From Octopus vulgaris (taxonomy: Eukaryota), in the NCBI GenBank assembly GCA_951406725.2, contig OX597827.1:59210001-59274000 (forward strand): a DNA stretch of 64,000 nucleotides, in the 5' to 3' direction. A program made the position numbers and the translations under genes. The notes beneath the pieces are model-generated. The model was not told where the DNA came from. It saw only the letters and a program-made list of their open reading frames with translations, and made no database searches. This document shows positions 38,536 to 52,912 of this stretch, one piece after another (position 1 is the stretch's first letter; every line of letters starts with the position of its first letter).

Positions 38536-39651
38536 AATTCAAATAATGTCTGTTACTTTGGTGACATTTTATGATTCTTTGTGATTAATTAGAATAGTAT
38601 CCCTACTCCTTTCAACTAATTATTGTTCTTTAATTAGCGCTTGTCAAAAATCGATGTAACTAACATTTTCATGCCATACTTTATGACACTGTGACATGTC
38701 ATACTTTCGTTCTAAAAGTCTCCATTGGTTACCTGTTGACAGCTGAAGCTGTTCCATTCTCAGCATTAGTTTATCTTTGTCTATAATCTGGATTAAAATA
38801 TCATCATCATTTAACGTCCGCTTTCCATGCTGGCATGGGTTGGACGGTTCGACCGGGGATCTGGGAAGCCAGAAGGCTGCACCAGACTCCAGTCTGATCT
38901 GGCAGTGTTTCTACAGCTAGATGCCCTTCCTAACGCCAACCACTCAGTGAGTGTAGTGGGTGCTTTTTACGTGCCACCTGCACAGGGGCCAGGCGAGGCT
39001 GGCAATGGCCACGATCGGATTGGTGCATTTTACGTTCCACTGGCACGGAAGCCAGTCAAGGTGGCGCTGGCATCGGCCACAATTCGGATGGTGCTTTTTA
39101 CGTGCCACCGGCACAGGGATCACAATTGCAGTTTCCATTGATTTTGATGTTGGTGTACTTGACTCAATGGATCTCCTCAAGCACAGGGTCGAAATGGTGT
39201 TTCTTCACTTGCCACCTGCACAGGAGTCAGTCCAGCGGTCCTGGCAACTGCCGGATGCCAGTCATAGGATTGGTTCAATTTCGATTCCGGTTGATGATAT
39301 TTTCCTGGTGATATCACCGGAGTCATAGATCCTTTTGGGAGGTACTAGACATCATTCATCTTGTCTGTAAAGTGTCCCAGTACCCAACAGTGTGATGGGT
39401 ATATTGATAATTTACTACTTTTAGTAGCCAGTGTCTCTGTCATGTGTCGCCAGGTGTCACTTTTACTCTTTTACTGTTTCAGTCATTTGACTGCAGCCAT
39501 GCTGGAGCACCGCCTTTAGTCGAGCAAATCGACCCCGGGACTTATTCTTTGTAAGGCCAGTACTTATTCTATCGGTCTCTTTTGCTGAACCGCTAAGTGA
39601 CGGGGACATAAACACACCAGCATCGGTTGTCAAGCAATGCTAGGGGGACAA

Positions 39652-39714
<63 letters not shown>

Positions 39715-40547
39715 CACGACCGGCTTCTTTCAGTTTCTGTCTACCAAATCCACTCACAAGGCATTGTTTGGCCCGGGGCTATAGCAGAAGACACTTGCCC
39801 AAGATGCCACACAGTGGGACTGAACCCGGAACCATGTGGCTGGTTAGCAAGCTACTTACCACACAGCCACTCCTGCAGATCTTCGAGGATCTTATACATA
39901 AACTTCATTGATGTTGTGACGTAGTTACAGCCCAGCTGTGATCAAGGATTACTCTCACAAGAATAAATTAATAGGTTATTGATAACCTTAAGAGTAACAG
40001 ATTGCATTGAAAGTAACATATGGCTTTAATATTAGTTAATATAACAGCTTACCCTTTGCAAATATTCCTATAAAAATATAAGACACAAATTAGTGTGTAG
40101 GAGGACGGATTATAGTTTGTGTGCTGTTTTACAGGTGTCATCGTAACTAGCTGATGTAAATTTATATATATATAAGGTACACGTATACCTACAGTCAATC
40201 ATTTTATTATACACAAAATGACTGACTCCTCCTCATCCAGGTAAGAATATTTAAAACCAAAAAAATCTTCACTTTTAAATTTTGCTGTTTAATGTATACT
40301 TCTGTAATATATTTATTTAAGTTGCCAATTCTGGCCGAAATCTATCAAAGTGTGTGTATCATCATCATCATCGTTTAACGTCCGTTCTCCATGCTAGCAT
40401 GGGTTGGACGGTTCGACCGGGGATCTGGGAAGCCAGAAGGCTGCACCAGGCTCCAGTCTTATCTGGCAGTGTTTCTACAGCTGGATGCCCTTCCTAACGC
40501 CAACGACTCCGTGAGTGTAGTGGGTGCTTTTTACGTGCCACCTGCAC

Positions 40548-40592
<45 letters not shown>

Positions 40593-40939
40593 CAATAATG
40601 TCTCGATATACAAGTTAATTTGTTCCCTGGGGACTGCTCATAAAGTGAAAACTCCCACTAGACTCACGCTCACCGTCACTTGTAAATGTGATTGCCAATT
40701 CACAAGCACTTGTAGATGGACTTGTAGATTTCTTTTTAAAAACAAGTCTAGAGTTTTCTTAGAAGAAGCTTCTTTCTTTGTTCCACTCTCTGTAAAATTC
40801 TCGGTAACATGCAGAAGCATTTGTCATAGTAGTACAAACTTTTGCACTTCATTCGAAATTTGGATCTTGTGCTTGAAAAAATTAAACTTGTAGACCCGGT
40901 GTCTTGTAAAGCGGGTCGTTGTAAAGTGAGATACTACTG
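40593..40939 (-). mobile_element. Tigger/pogo-like non-autonomous element
   Basis: TA-flanked termini caataatgtctcgatatacaa / ttgtaaagtgagatactactg. Homologous, in opposite orientation, to 61583-62100. Confidence 0.65.
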
Positions 40940-41301
40940 TATGTTTATATCCTGTTTGTTTGAAAGATTTGCCCTAAATTACAGACAGTAAAAACAATTG
41001 GTGTTTTATTGATTGATTGTTGAGCTGGTCTGTCATCAGTCATTTCAGCTGTAACAATCTTTTGTATTTTTATGATGGCAGGCTGCAGTTTGAAGGAAAT
41101 TGAGCTGCTGTTTCTCGTAGGTTGAGATATCATATATACACACACTAACTTGTAATCTATTAGGACTCGGTTTGTTGATCCTGTTGTGATAAGAGGATGT
41201 GATATGAATACACCCATGTATAAGAATGTTAATTTTTCTTAAATGACACCATCAGAACATCTAGCACCAAATTTCTCAGCAGTCAAGTGCACACGAACAA
41301 G

Positions 41302-41340
<39 letters not shown>

Positions 41341-42040
41341 CTCTCTCTCTCTCCCCTTTCTCTTTCTCTCTTTCTCATACAGAAGCGCGCACACACACAC
41401 ACAAACATTTTAACCTTGGGTTTTTAAAAACAATTCCACGAAAATATACAATCACAACCAAACAAAAATCAAACTGTCTTCTGATACTTGTGAGAACAGA
41501 CCTGGCTGCACTTAACATAATAGACATATAGCCGTCTTTTCTTCAGAACTCAATCAACTTACGTCAACAACCTTAAATTGCATAAACCAACTAGGGAGCT
41601 TCTACATGGTTGCTCGGCATACTAGAAATAGCAACCAAATCACTCTCAAATTATACTGTACTGTCTTGAAATAGTCATATTGGATAATGTAGTCCAGGCT
41701 ATGTATCACTTCAGAAAAGCAAAATAGTAATGGTTGAATTGCCCTTGATCGTAGGTTCTCTTAACCAGAGCTGACCAAAAGGAGCAGGAAGCTCTACAAC
41801 AACCTTAACCTATTTGCTATAATAGTTCTCTTAAAATATCTTTTATTTTTTACTTGCTTCAGTCATTTGACTGTGGCCATGCTGGGGCACTGCCTTGAAG
41901 GGCTATGGTCAAACAAATCAACCCCCAGGACTTATTTATTTTTTCAAGCCTGGTACTTATTCTATTGGTCTCTCTTGCCGAACTGCGAAGTTATAGAGAT
42001 GTAAACACACCAACACCAATTGTCAAGTGGTGATGGGGGA

Positions 42041-42074
<34 letters not shown>

Positions 42075-44024
42075 TATATATACATACATATACAGACAGA
42101 CAGACAAAATTAATATAAGCAGCAGTTTGCAATGTTTCACCAGAAAGGAGAATTATAATTGTCACTAGATGTGAGTAGGATGAAAGGCAAAGTCGACCTC
42201 GGCGGAATTTGAACTCAGAACGTAACGGCAGGCGAAATACCACTAAGCACTTCGCCTGGCGTGCCAGCTCACTGTTTGTATCGGAGAACAGAAGGTGGTC
42301 TTGGGTAGTTAGGTATCAAATGGGTTAACCTACAAAGGTTGGTCCACATTACTCCATAGGAAACATGGGGCCAGTTTCCTGGTTTCTCTGGCATATATAT
42401 TCCTCCCTGTATAGGACGCTGGTCCAGTGCAGGGATTACTGATTTCTACCAGCTGAGTGAACTGGAGCCAATGTGGAGTGAGGTGTTTTGAAACCACAGT
42501 CTTACAATCTTGAGTTCAACATCCTAACCACTAAGTCATGTGCTTCCACAGAAATCTTCCATTACTGTAGATTTATCTCAATAAACTATCTTACAAAATG
42601 TGCTGTATCTATACGGCTTCTGATAGTTTTGTTGATTGGATGTCAGACTGGCTTGTTCAGATTAAGGTCATGAACGTTTGTTGGTTCAATTCTAAGGAAA
42701 AGACGGTTTCCTCTCTATAACGTTAATTGCCTCCATATCTTTTCACATGAATAGCAGAAGACAGAGGACAGATTTATATTTGTGAGTGATAATATAATGG
42801 GTGACATTTGGGATATGAACCAGTAACTAACAGGTCTCTGGTTGATATCTTATATCTTACCACCAACACTGTGCAGGCTCTGCATTTTCTCATTTACTCT
42901 TTCATTAAGTCTGTTCATATAAATGTAACTGTAAGCCTTTGTTTTTTTAACCCCATGTTAGTTCTGATGAAGCAAATTTTTATCAAAGATATTCCTTGTC
43001 ACGGGCATCCTGTCTTTTTGTTTGTGTAGGGTTACTTTGTCCAGTTATTCCTTCTATTTTTAGACTGTAGTATTTGATTTAAGAGAGATTTGAATGCTAA
43101 TTGTAGTAGGTTGAATGATCATGTACAAGCTCCTGTGTAATAGATAAGTACTTAGCTTACAGTAAAGATTCTGATTCTGATTTGGAGCTTCATGTGTTGG
43201 CCTATGTTGTACAAGTCTGCCTGTTAAACTTACAACATGTGAACAGCCGGTCACTAAGTGTGTTTCTTAATCAGCAGCTAATGACAACAATACCTTAGCC
43301 CTGTCCCCTTCGCTCACTTCTCTTTAGCATGAAACTGAGCAGATATCTCAGACACTCTTGTCATAGCCATCCTGTCTATTTGTAGGGTTACATTGTCTAA
43401 TTTTTCTTTGTTTTTAAGACATTAGGTTTTGATCTAAGAGAGATCTTGGTACTCACCAAACAAACAAGAATCGATTCTTAAGAAATATCATCATCATCAT
43501 CAACATCCCTTCTCCCTCTTCTACAACGACATGGGATGGACAGGGGCTTTTTGAAGTGGGTGTTTTCAGATGGACATCTTTCTGAATGCTGTCTCTTACA
43601 ACATGCAGGAATACAGTGTACATATTCTAAAAACCAGAATACATGCAGTATCTGAATAACTGGGTCTATTAGTGTGTGTGTGTGTGTGGTGTGGTGGGGT
43701 GGGGGTATGTATGAAAGATAGAGAGATGGAGTGAAAGTATGGCTGACATTAAAGTGCTGAGCTAGATGTATTATACAACCAAGGTCAGCATTTATTTGTT
43801 CTGTGTTTAAATATTGCTGGGGTTGACTTTATTTTTGATTTCTTTTTAAATCCTTGTTATATGTCTTAGTTTGCAAACCTTGAAATGTTTCTACATTTGT
43901 TTGTATTCCTTCTCTTTTTCATTTTTTTTTTTTTTTTTTTTTAAAATATTAACCTTCTTGTTCAAGCAACAGTTTGTTGTATCATTTAATGATGTAGTTT
44001 CTAAAGTTCTGTTTTCCTTTGCAG

Positions 44025-44464
44025 GATCACATGCAGCTGGTGTCGTTACCTCACGTCAACCCCCAGCACTCCAGTCACCGTCACGCTCTCTCTGAAATGC
44101 GTGATTATTGTAGTTATTCTGTTGGTTCTCTACACTATTGCTCTGATAATGTTTCTGGAGCTACGACATTCAAACATATATCACACTCCGTCAATACACA
44201 AACACCAGAAGCTGGATTCAATATACCCTTCGCTTGTGTCTGCAGCCTCTTCGTATGGCAGCTTTCAACAGAACGCAGGAGATGACCATGGCAGCTCCTC
44301 AACTCAGCGCTACCACTATGGTATCGTGATTGATTGTGGGAGCAGTGGCAGTCGTGTGTATGTATATCAATGGCCAACACATTCCGGAAACCCTAATGAA
44401 CTCCTGTACATTACTCAGCTTCGGGAAACATCTGGAGAGCCAGTAGTGAAGAAGATCACACCAG
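44025..44464 (+). CDS. ENTPD4/7: ENTPD4/7-like exon 2: TM anchor and apyrase conserved region 1
   Basis: ttttcctttgcAG| acceptor. Hydrophobic VIIVVILLVLYTIALIMFL, then YGIVIDCGSSGSRVYVYQWP (ACR1) and PVVKKITPG. Donor CAG|GTGAGG, phase 1. Confidence 0.95.
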
Positions 44465-44808
44465 GTGAGGTTAATTTGGTACATTTTAATGCAAAGAAAA
44501 AGTTAATAATTAGTGTTTGTCAAATATTTATTACACATAGAGGAAATTCAGTTTGGAATAAAATTCATAACTCAGTTTTATATACTCTTTATTCTTTACT
44601 CTTTTACTTGTTTCAGTCATTTGACTGCGGCCATGCTGGAGCATCGCCTTTAATCGAGCAACTCGACCCCGGGACTTATTCTTTGTAAGCCCAGTACTTA
44701 TTCTATCAGTCTCTTTTGCTGAACCGCTAAGTGACAGGGACATAAACACACCAGCATCGGTTGTCAAGCAATGCTAGGGGAACAAACACAGACACACAAA
44801 CATACATG

Positions 44809-44890
<82 letters not shown>

Positions 44891-44898
44891 CATACACA

Positions 44899-44930
<32 letters not shown>

Positions 44931-45218
44931 AGACAGGCTTCTTTCAGTTTCCGTCTACCAAATCCACTCACAAGGCTTTGGTTGACCCGAGGCTATAGTA
45001 GAAGACACTTGCCCAAGGTGCCACGCAGTGGGACTGAACCTGGAACTGTGTGGTTGGTAAACAAGCTACTTACCACACAGCCACTCCTGCGCCTATTTTA
45101 TAATGATTTTTATAATGTATAGAAAAAATAAGCAAGAGAGTAAAGTATGAAACTAGTGATGTCCCTTTGTTTTTAACCACTTCACTCTTTTGCACTTTTC
45201 TCCTACCTCACTTACCTA

Positions 45219-45598
45219 CACTACCGTCAGAAATTAATTAGCACCCTTGATTTGCTCTTCACTCAAGGTATGTGCTGTCACCTAGTGGCCATATCTCGAA
45301 CTATTGCTTTGTTGCGAGTTCACTGTTGCGCAGAACGATGACGTAACTTTGTTTGCAGAGCAGTTTGAGAGTCTACAGCCTTATGATGTTGACATAGCAG
45401 TGCAACAACAACTTGGAGTGCAGATGCAGACAAATCTTCCTTTGTTTAATAGATATAGGTAGCGCCTCGCAAGGACCGAAATCACACCATACTAAGTTTT
45501 CTCATTGCGTAAGACGTTTTGAACAGCTCATAGGTTAATTGATTTAACCTATTTAATGTAGAAATTTGAGAAGTGCTAATTAATTTCTGACGCAAGTG
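45219..45598. mobile_element. Tc1/mariner-type MITE
   Basis: TA-cactaccgtcagaaattaattagcac ... gtgctaattaatttctgacgcaagtg-TA; 26-bp TIR with two mismatches. Confidence 0.85.
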
Positions 45599-47583
45599 TA
45601 CTTCTTTGATTATCCTTCCTCTGCTTTTTCCCCTCTTATCATACTATTCCCACATCTAACTTTTCCTCCTCTCTTTCTTCAAATCTATCTCCTGACAAAA
45701 TTCCTCCATTTCCTTTTGTCATTCACTTATTTGCACCTTAGTGTTGAAAGCATTATTCCTTTCTCTCAAGAAGGACAAGTATCTGAAGCATTGTATCTCT
45801 CTTTTTACTTGTTTTGGTCATTTTGACTGCGGCCATGCTGGAGCACCGTCTTTAATCAAGCAACTCGACCCCAGCACTTATTCTTTGTAAGCCCAGTACT
45901 TATTCTATTGGTCTCTTTTTGCCGAACCACTAAGTGACGGGGGACATAAACACATCAGCATCGGTTGTCAAGCAATGCTAGGGGGACAAACACAGACACA
46001 CAAACATACATGCACATACATATATACGACGGGCTTCTTTCAGTTTCTGTCTACCAAATCCACTCACAAGGCTTTGGTCGGCCCGAGGCTATAATAGAAG
46101 ACCCTTGCCCAAGGTGCTACGCAGTGGGACTGAACCCGAAACCATGTGGTTGGTACACTTTCATGACAAATTAACTCATTGTAATTTATTTTTATCTATA
46201 GCTTTTTATGGACATCAATAACTTATTTTACAAGGCCATTTGCAAAGCCTTAATCTTTGTTGTTGGAAATAGGCACCAGATTTTCAGTGAATGTTGCTGT
46301 CTGGTATTCAATACAGGATTAAATTTCTATTTCATACTATTTACATCATACAACCAGAGTGAAGCATTAACTCTTATGAATCTTTAAAAATTTCTTGGAA
46401 CTTTCACATTTAAAAATTACATCAACCCACCATAGGCACAGGAGTGGTTGTGTGGTAAGTAGCTTGCTTACCAACCACATGGTTCCGGGTTCAGTCCCAC
46501 TGCGTGGCACCTTGGGCAAGTGTCTTCTACAATAGCCTTGGGCCAACCAAACCCTTGTGAGTGGATTCGGTAGACAGAAACTGAAAGAAGCCCGTCGTAT
46601 ATATGTATATATATGTGTGTTTGTGTGTCTGCTTTTTTCCCCCCAACATCGCTTGACAACCGATGCTAGTATGTTTGCGTCCCCGTCACTTAGCGGTTTG
46701 GTAAAAGAGACTGATAGAATAAGTGCTGGGGTCGATTTGCTCGACTAAAGGTGGTGCTCCAGCATGGCCACAGTCAAATGACTGAAACAAGTAAAAGAGT
46801 AAAGAGTATAAGGCTTCTGAGAGGTATTAACTTCATTTTGTATCTCTTCAAGAGGATTTGGATACCTCACCTTACAGCCTTATGCAATTATTATCCTCTG
46901 TGGGGCTCTTTTGATCACAAGAGAAATGCTTTACTTATTCGTGTACAAGTTTCACCCCTTATTTAGTGTTAAGTCTTGGTACAGAATTTTTTCCTGTCAT
47001 AGTTTTGTTTTTGCTCTGTTTGTAAGTTGCACCCTAGCTTTATTCAGTTAAAATCAAGTATAAAATATTGTGACGTATACTTGATTAAATGCTCTAATTC
47101 CTGATAATTAATGAATTTAATGCCGGTCATTCACTTCTCACAACCAAGTAATAACTATTGAAAACACAAAGGCTTGTTCTTCTTCATAGATGAATTCTCA
47201 AAGAAAATATAGATGTAAATGTAGAAATGTGAAGGCTTGTGGCTTAGTGGTTAGGGTGTTAGCATCATGATCATAAGATTGTGGTTTCGATTCCTGGACC
47301 GGGCGACGCGTTGTGTTCTTCATTTCACATTGTGCACTTCATTTCACATTGCTCCAGTCCACTCAGCTGGCAAAAATGAGTAACGCTGTGATGGACTGGT
47401 GTCCTGTCCAGCCGGGGAACACATACGCCATTGAAACCAGGAAACCAGGCCCGTGAGCCCGGCTAGGCTTTAAAAGGGCGCATTTATTATTTATTATATT
47501 AAATGTAGAAATATCCTGATTGTAGTCATTGCTCTTATGTGTATCTTTATTGTTCTCATTTTTGGTTTTTCTGTTTCTTGTAG

Positions 47584-47734
47584 GTTTATCAACATTTGCT
47601 TCTAATCCATCCGCAGCAAGCAAATATCTACATCCATTGTTATCCTATGCTGCCAAAAATATACCAGAAGTGAAGCATTCTGAGACTCTGTTATATATTC
47701 TTGCCACTGCTGGCATGAGAGTTTTGCCTGCAAG
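47584..47734 (+). CDS. ENTPD4/7: ENTPD4/7-like exon 3 (ACR2)
   Basis: tgtAG|GT TTA acceptor. GLSTFASNP...ETLLYILATAGMRVLP. Donor AAG|GTAAGC, phase 2. Confidence 0.95.
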
Positions 47735-49101
47735 GTAAGCAGTGACATAATTTTTAAGATATTTCAATGCTCTCTTTATTTTTTTTTTACCTATTTTTAA
47801 AAAAAATTTATGCTGCCTGAAGGTTCTTCACACAAAAATGCAAAGAACAGGTGAGAGAACAATGTAGAATTGAGTTTAAGTTTTAAAATAAATCTAAAAT
47901 TCGAAATCAAACCAAATTCGTCGACTGGCACCCTCCCTTCACTGGACACTAAACTCTGCTTGCGAAGACCTGTTGGGGCAAGTGAAATCGAAATTGAACC
48001 AAATTCAATGACTGGTACCCATGCTAGTGGAGCGCTAACAGCTCCATCCAAGTGGGATCACTGCCAGAGCAGCTGTCTGGCACGTAAAGAGCATCATTTG
48101 AGCATGATCATTGTCAGCGTTGCCTCACTGGCACGTGAACAAAACATTTGAGCGAGGTCATTGCCAGTGCTGCTGGCCTGACTCCTGTGCAGGTGGCACA
48201 TAAAAAACACCTTTTTGAGCGTGGCCATTGCCAGTACCACCAGACTGGTCCTCTTGCCAATGTCACTTTAAAAGCACCCACTACACTCTCGGAGTGATTG
48301 GCGTTAGGAAGGGCATCAAGCTGTAGAAACTCTGCCAGATCAGATTGGAGCCTGGTGCAGCCATCTGGTTCACCAGTCCTCAGTTGAATCGTCCAACCCA
48401 TGCTAGCATGGAAAGCGGACATTAAACGATGATGATGATGATGTATAAAATTCAGCAGTAAATATTGCTACTGCCATATATGGTCTCATAAAAGATCTTC
48501 CCATTCTTGTTATCTAGAATGTGACTGGTGGAAGGGTGCATTGAAAAATGCAAATAGAGTAGACAATATAAGTAATTCTTATCAGAGGTCACTATTGAAA
48601 AATTTACAGAGCTTGTAATCTTGCAAGCTGCATTCTAACCTCTCTAGTGCTGGAGTCATGAAAGAGCACCCAGGATACATTATAGAGTGGTTGGTGTTAG
48701 GAAGGGCATTCAGTTGTAGAAACCATGCCAAAGTAGACATTGGAGTATGATGCAATTCTTAGACCTATCCAACCCAGACAAGCAGTGCATATTCAGGAAA
48801 TGTAAAAACGATTTTTAGTACTTTAATGTATATAATATAGGCCCAACTCCAAATATGGGACCCAGGGTGACATTTTAAGATTTAAAAAAAAAAAAGGAAA
48901 TCTTATATACCATCAGATATGGTAACTCAAAGATCATGAGTTTATTCCATTGCAATTTTCTACAGAATACTACAACCAGACTGCTTTCCTCTACGTAGAA
49001 AGATTTGTTCTCAGTTCACTTAGTGCTGTGGAAACTGGAATTATGCTCTTTCTCTGCCCTAAGAATTCATTTATTCTTTTTCTCTCCTCTCTTCTTGCTA
49101 G

Positions 49102-49265
49102 TGCCCAAGCCAGTATTTTGGAAGAACTGCAAACATCCATACCAAAGTATTTCAAATTTGTTGTGGCTAAGAATAATTTTGAAGTTATCACTGGCAAACA
49201 AGAAGGTGTCTATGGTTGGATTGCTGTCAACTATATCTTAAACAAGTTTGCTCATGGCATTGAAG
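49102..49265 (+). CDS. ENTPD4/7: ENTPD4/7-like exon 4 (ACR3)
   Basis: Polypyrimidine tract plus ctAG| acceptor. EVITGKQEGVYGWIAVNYIL. Donor AAG|GTAAGT, phase 1. Confidence 0.95.
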
Positions 49266-49337
49266 GTAAGTGCCTTTATTTTCATTGTTGTTATTATTAC
49301 TATTATCATTATTATTATTATTATTATTATTATCATC

Positions 49338-49627
49338 AAGGTGGTAAGCTAGCGGAATTGTTAGCATGTTGGGCAAAATGCTTAGCAGCATTTTGTCTAT
49401 CTTTACAGTCTGAGTTCAAATTCTGCTATGGTTGAATTTGTCTTTCATCCTTTTGGGGTTGATAAAATAAGTACCAGTTGAGCACTGAGGTCGTGTACTC
49501 AACTAACCCACTTCCCCCAAATTGCCGGCTTTGTGTCAAATCAATAAAATAACAGTCAAGCACTGGGGTCAATGTAATCAATTTACCCCTTCCCCAAACT
49601 TGCTGGCCTTGTGCCAAAGTTTGAAAC

Positions 49628-49670
<43 letters not shown>

Positions 49671-50540
49671 GTTGTTATTATTATTATTATTACTTTTGAG
49701 GTGGCAAGCTGACAGAATCGTTAGCACACTTAATGGTATTTCGCCCATTGCTACGTTCTGAGTTCAAATTCCGCCAAGGTCAACTTTGCCTTTCATCCTT
49801 TCAGGGTCTATAAATTAAGTACCAGCTGAGTACTAGGGTCGATGTAATCGACTACCCCATCCCCCAAATTTCAGGCCTTGTGCCTATAGTAGAAAGGATT
49901 ATTATTATTATTATTATTATTATTAAGGTGGCGAGCTGGCAGAATTGTTAGCATGCTGGACGAAATGCTTGCCTGTGGCTACGTTCTGAGTTCAAATTCT
50001 GCCGAGGTCAACTTTGCCTTTCATCCTTTCGGGGTTCATAAAATAAGTACCAGTTGAACACTGGGGTCGATGTAATCATCTCATCCCCTCCCCCAAAATT
50101 GCTGCCCTTGTGGCAAAATTTGAAACCATTATTATTATTATTGTTGTTGTTGTTGTTAAGGTAGTGAGCTGGCAAAATCATTAACACATCAAATAATATA
50201 CTGAGTAGCATTTTTTCCAGCTCTTTTTCTTCTCTGTTTAAAATCACCGAGATAACTTTTGCCTTTTCATCCTTTTGGAGTTGATAAAATAAAGTACCAG
50301 TCAAGTACTGGGGTTGATGTAATCAACTTACTCCCTCCCTTAAAATTGTTGGCTTTGTGCCAAAAATCTAAAACCATTATTATTATTATTGGTATTAAAA
50401 GATGGTTAATTAGTAAAGTGACAGATAAAACACCATGCTGCAATTTGGTTACCATGACTAGACTTGGGAGGAATTTAGTTGTTGCCTTCAGGTTCTGAGT
50501 CCAAATAAAAACACAGCCAACTTCATATTTCATTCTTTTG
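49338..50540 (+). repeat. Array of about five Meta-like SINE copies separated by (att)n
   Basis: Repeated aggtggcgagctggcagaat...ttctgagttcaaattc...tttcatccttt...aagtaccag units. Confidence 0.78.
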
Positions 50541-52649
50541 GGGGCATATTAACCCTTTAGCATTTCCTGTTGCCTTCTCCAGCCGGGTAGAATTTGAACT
50601 CAGATTGCAGAGAGCCTGAAGATACACCTTAAAGCATTTCTGCCAACTCCAACAATTCTTCCACTCTCCCATCCACAGAGCAATGTGAAATGAAGTGTTT
50701 TGCTCAAGAACACAATGTGCCGCCCAGTCCAGGGATCGAACCCATAAACTAGCAATTATGAGTGCAGCACCCTAACCACTGGACCACATGATTCAAGTAA
50801 CCATTTATAAGCCTTTTTATTGGCCTAAAGATTCTCTCATTGGTTCCTTCAGCGGTTTAAATGAGTCAGTAGAAGGTTTCTCATTAATTTCAGACTGGTG
50901 TATTCCTGATGTTTAGTTGTGTTTTTTAGGCCCTATGCTATTCTGGATTGCATAATTAACTGTAGTTCTGAGTTCAAATCATGCCACAATCATCTTTCAG
51001 ATATTAGCAAACTGAAATCTTGCTGAGAACTGATTCAAGATTACTTGAAGAAAATCTTGCTGGAAGAATGGTCAAAGTGCCAGAACATTTCTTTTGCATG
51101 ACAGTCAAAGACTAGTCTCATACAACTATTTCAGTCGTGATTTTATGGAGACAAAAATTAAGAAAATCAGTAAATATAACTGCAAATAATTAAATTGATG
51201 TGAGATGCACACATATACTCACAAACTTTTCAACATTGAAATGATATATTGAGGTTGTGAGTTAGTGCTTAAGCAGGTATGACTGTCTGTGTACTAAAGT
51301 AAATTCACTTCACAACCACATAGTCCTTACTCTTTACTCTTTTACTTGTTTCAGTCATTTGACTGCGGCCATGCTGGAGCACTGCCTTTAATCGAGCAAC
51401 TCGACCCCGGGACTTATTCTTTGTAAGCCCAGTACTTATTCTATTGGTCTCTTTTGCCAAACCGCTAAGTGACGGGGACATAAACACACCAGCATCAGTT
51501 GTCAAGCAATGCTAGGGGGGCAAACACAAACATACACGCATGCACTCATACACATATATATACATATATACGGCGGGATTCTTTCAGTTTCCGTCTACCA
51601 AATCCACTCACAAGGCTTTGGTCGGCCTGAGGCTATAGTAGAAGACACTTGCCCAAGGTGCCACGCAGTGGAGCTGAACCCGGAACCATGTGGCTGGTAA
51701 ACAAGCTACTTACCACACAGCCACTCCTGCGCCTTGTTCAATTCCACTGCATTCCCACAACACTTTGGGCAAATATCTTATAACCATAGCCTCACGGTTG
51801 ACCGATGAATAAATAACTGGCACTCCATTGGTTATGACGACAAGGGTTCCAGTTGACCTGATCCGGGAAACAGCTTGCTTGTGAAATTAATGCGCACATT
51901 ATTGAGTACTCCACAGACGTGTACCCTTTAACGTAATTCACAGGGAGATTCAGCATGACACAGAATGTGACAAGACTGGCCGTTTGAATTACAAATACTA
52001 ATCATTTTTGCCAGCTGAGCAGACTGGAGCAATGTGACAGAAAGTATCTTGCTCAAGGACAAATTGCACTGCCAGGTATTGATCTCACAACCTTACGATC
52101 ATGGGCCGAATACTCCTAACCACTAAGCCACGTGATGAAACTTTATAGAGAGAGACTGTGTAGAAACCTTGTTACATGTGTGTATGTATGTATGTATGTA
52201 TGTATGTATGTATGTATGTATGTATGTTTCTTTCTTTCTTCCTTTTTTCCTTTCTTTCTTTCTTTTTTTCTTTCTTAGGCATATATTAGCTAATGATTTA
52301 AATATCAGTAGGAAAGCTGAAAAAAAACTGGTACTTTTCTATCAAATTTCCTTGAGATATTTGTTCTGCCTCAGTTTAGATACTCCCTTGTCACTCTCAT
52401 TGTCAGACATGGTTACTGATTTCCATTGATTAGAAATCGGTAACCAACAATGCTATTGTTCTCAAAGTGTGAAATAAAATAAAATAAAATTTTTTATTTG
52501 TTTTTCTAGTTTTATAACAGTGCTGCAGCAGAAGGTACTTGGTCTTCTCAATTGCAATTAACATAATTAATGTTTTTTTTTATGTCATCTGTTTCTATTT
52601 CTCTGTTATACTCTACTGTCAAACGGAATTGTTGATACCATGTAGTTAG

Positions 52650-52912
52650 CACACAGAATTACTAGATAGCACACACAATTGCCCAATAACACACAGAATT
52701 GCCCAATAACACACACAATTGCCCAATAACACACAGAATTGCCCAATAACACACACAATTGCTCAATAACACATGCAATTGCCCAATAACACATGCAATT
52801 GTCCAATAACACACACAATTGCCCAATAACACACAATTGCTCAATAACACACAACTGCCCAATAACACACAATTGCTTAATAACACACAATTGCTTAATA
52901 ATACATACAATT
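52650..52912 (+). repeat. Minisatellite with 18/20-bp unit (ac)acacaattgcccaataac, about 13 copies
   Basis: Directly visible tandem array. Confidence 0.92.

Noticed and set aside
44101-44688. 195-aa ORF as a complete protein
   Set aside because: It is exon 2 read through into intron and SINE; homology ends at the 44464 donor. The ORFs at 48950, 59504, 62163 and 63461 behave likewise.
52606-52910. Cys/Val/Leu periodic ORFs and a CRISPR-like appearance
   Set aside because: Plain minisatellite with no unique spacers, no cas genes, and eukaryotic context.
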